Part shown: positions 62,853-64,000 of the stretch, in pieces
Layout of the letters: the number at the start of each line of letters is the position of its first letter
How positions within the stretch are numbered: the stretch's first letter is position 1
From: an uncultured delta proteobacterium
GTDB lineage: Bacteria; Myxococcota_A; Polyangia; Palsa-1104
Assembly (NCBI GenBank): GCA_963785725.1
Contig: CAWAWS010000007.1
Location: 384,001-448,000 of the forward strand
Length of the DNA: 64,000 bases
Direction of reading: 5' to 3'
The notes under the pieces: generated by a model
Database searches by the model: none
Seen by the model: only the letters and a program-made list of their open reading frames with translations
What the model was told of the DNA's origin: nothing
Position numbers and translations under genes: made by a program

Positions 62853-63942
62853 GCGTCGCTTATTACGCGTGCTCGCGCCCTATTTGCTGACGCTGGGCAT
62901 CGCGCTGCCGTTCGTGCTCTACGGCTTGTGGACCTTGCGCGGCGACGACGTGCATTGGCGCCATCGCGGCGGCTTCCTCTTGCTGCTCGCGGTGCCGCTC
63001 GGCGCGTGGGTGTCGTTCGCGCTCGGCCGTCGCCGCGCCGGCACGCTGGCGTTTACGCGCACGCACGACTTGATGGCGACGGCGCAAGGCCCGTTCGGCT
63101 ACCTCATGCATCTGCCGCGCGCCTGTCTGCTCGTCGCCGTCGGGCTCGTGGCCGTGTCGCTGGCGCGGCCGCAGAAGCTGTCGACCGATCCGGCCGAAGT
63201 CGAAGGCATCGACATCGTCATCGCGCTCGACGTCTCCGAATCCATGCGCGAGCACGACATGGTGCCCGACCGCATCAGCGCCGCCAAACGCGTCATTCGC
63301 TCGTTCATCGATCGCAACTCGACCAACCGCATCGGCCTCGTCATCTTCGGCAAAGAGGCGTTCACGCAGTCGCCGCTGACGCTCGACACGCGCGCCGTCG
63401 GCAGCTTGCTCGACGACGTGCGCATCGGCCTCGTCGACGGCAAGGGCACCGCCATCGGCAACGCGCTCGGCACGTCGATCAACCGGCTGCGCAAATCGAC
63501 CGCGAAGTCCAAGGTCATCGTGCTCGTCACCGACGGCGACGACAACGCGTCCAAGATCGATCCGCGCAAAGCCGCCAAGTTCGCGCAGACGTTCGGCATC
63601 AAAATCTTCACCATCTTGATCGGCCGCGACGTCTTGGCCGCCGAAGCCGTGCCCGGCCAAGATCGCTTCGGCAACATGGTGCGTCCGCAGCCCGGCTTCC
63701 CGGTGAATCCCAAGCTGCTCGAGGAGATCGCCGACGCTACCGGCGGCACGCCCTTCCTCGCGACCGACACGCAGTCGCTGGAGAAGCGCTTTCAGGCGAT
63801 CATCGAGGAGCTCGATCGCTCGAAGCTGCGCGCGCAAACGCCGCATTACGCCGAGCTCTACCCGATCTTGATCGTGCCGGCGTTGATGTTGGCGCTGCTC
63901 GAGGTCCTGCTCAGCCTGACGCGCTTCCGGAGATTCCCATGA
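62845..63942 (+). CDS. vWA domain protein, BatA-like
   Basis: SLARPQ, DIVIALDVSESM (MIDAS), RIGLVIF, GTAIG, LVTDGDDN. Confidence 0.92.
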   Translation: MDKRRLLRVLAPYLLTLGIALPFVLYGLWTLRGDDVHWRHRGGFLLLLAVPLGAWVSFALGRRRAGTLAFTRTHDLMATAQGPFGYLMHLPRACLLVAVGLVAVSLARPQKLSTDPAEVEGIDIVIALDVSESMREHDMVPDRISAAKRVIRSFIDRNSTNRIGLVIFGKEAFTQSPLTLDTRAVGSLLDDVRIGLVDGKGTAIGNALGTSINRLRKSTAKSKVIVLVTDGDDNASKIDPRKAAKFAQTFGIKIFTILIGRDVLAAEAVPGQDRFGNMVRPQPGFPVNPKLLEEIADATGGTPFLATDTQSLEKRFQAIIEELDRSKLRAQTPHYAELYPILIVPALMLALLEVLLSLTRFRRFP

Positions 63943-64000
63943 CCTGGGGCGATCTGCATTTCCTCTATCTGTTGGCGCTCGTGCCGTTGCTCGTCGTCGC
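63939..64000 (+). CDS. Start of next operon gene (probably BatB-like vWA), truncated by the window edge
   Basis: ATG overlaps the previous stop; MTWGDLHFLYLLALVPLLVV. Confidence 0.6.
   Translation, partial: MTWGDLHFLYLLALVPLLVV

Overview
This is a GC-rich (roughly 70% by eye) bacterial chromosomal window whose gene content looks myxobacterial/deltaproteobacterial. Housekeeping and envelope genes include a PhaR-like regulator, lolC/E, tonB-exbD-exbB, truD, bamD, mnmG, a fadL-like porin, an mpl-GNAT fusion, suhB, xth, rnpB, tRNA(CAT), rpoD, dnaG, nadC, birA, uvrD/pcrA, htrA, hsp20 and a moxR-DUF58-vWA (Bat) operon. A loosely clustered type II FAS/aryl-polyene-like lipid locus occupies about 38-55 kb. 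The most striking signal is an AT-rich palindrome, (A/T)(A/T)TGGT-NNN-ACCA(A/T)(A/T), usually TGGTTAAACCA/TGGTTTAACCA. I counted about 49 exact TGGT-N3-ACCA copies by eye. They are confined to two domains (about 0.8-6.6 kb and 37.1-51.7 kb), repeatedly paired at exactly 21 bp, and written into protein-coding sequence through GC-poor codons and in-frame 7-aa insertions. This suggests an undescribed, helically phased DNA-binding or chromosome-organising system. Also present: a four-copy dispersed ~150-bp structured element, three copies of which are trailed by a minisatellite; leaderless and bidirectional -10 promoters; and frameshifts in rpoD and birA that are most likely sequencing errors. All calls come from motif recognition only; no database searches were run.
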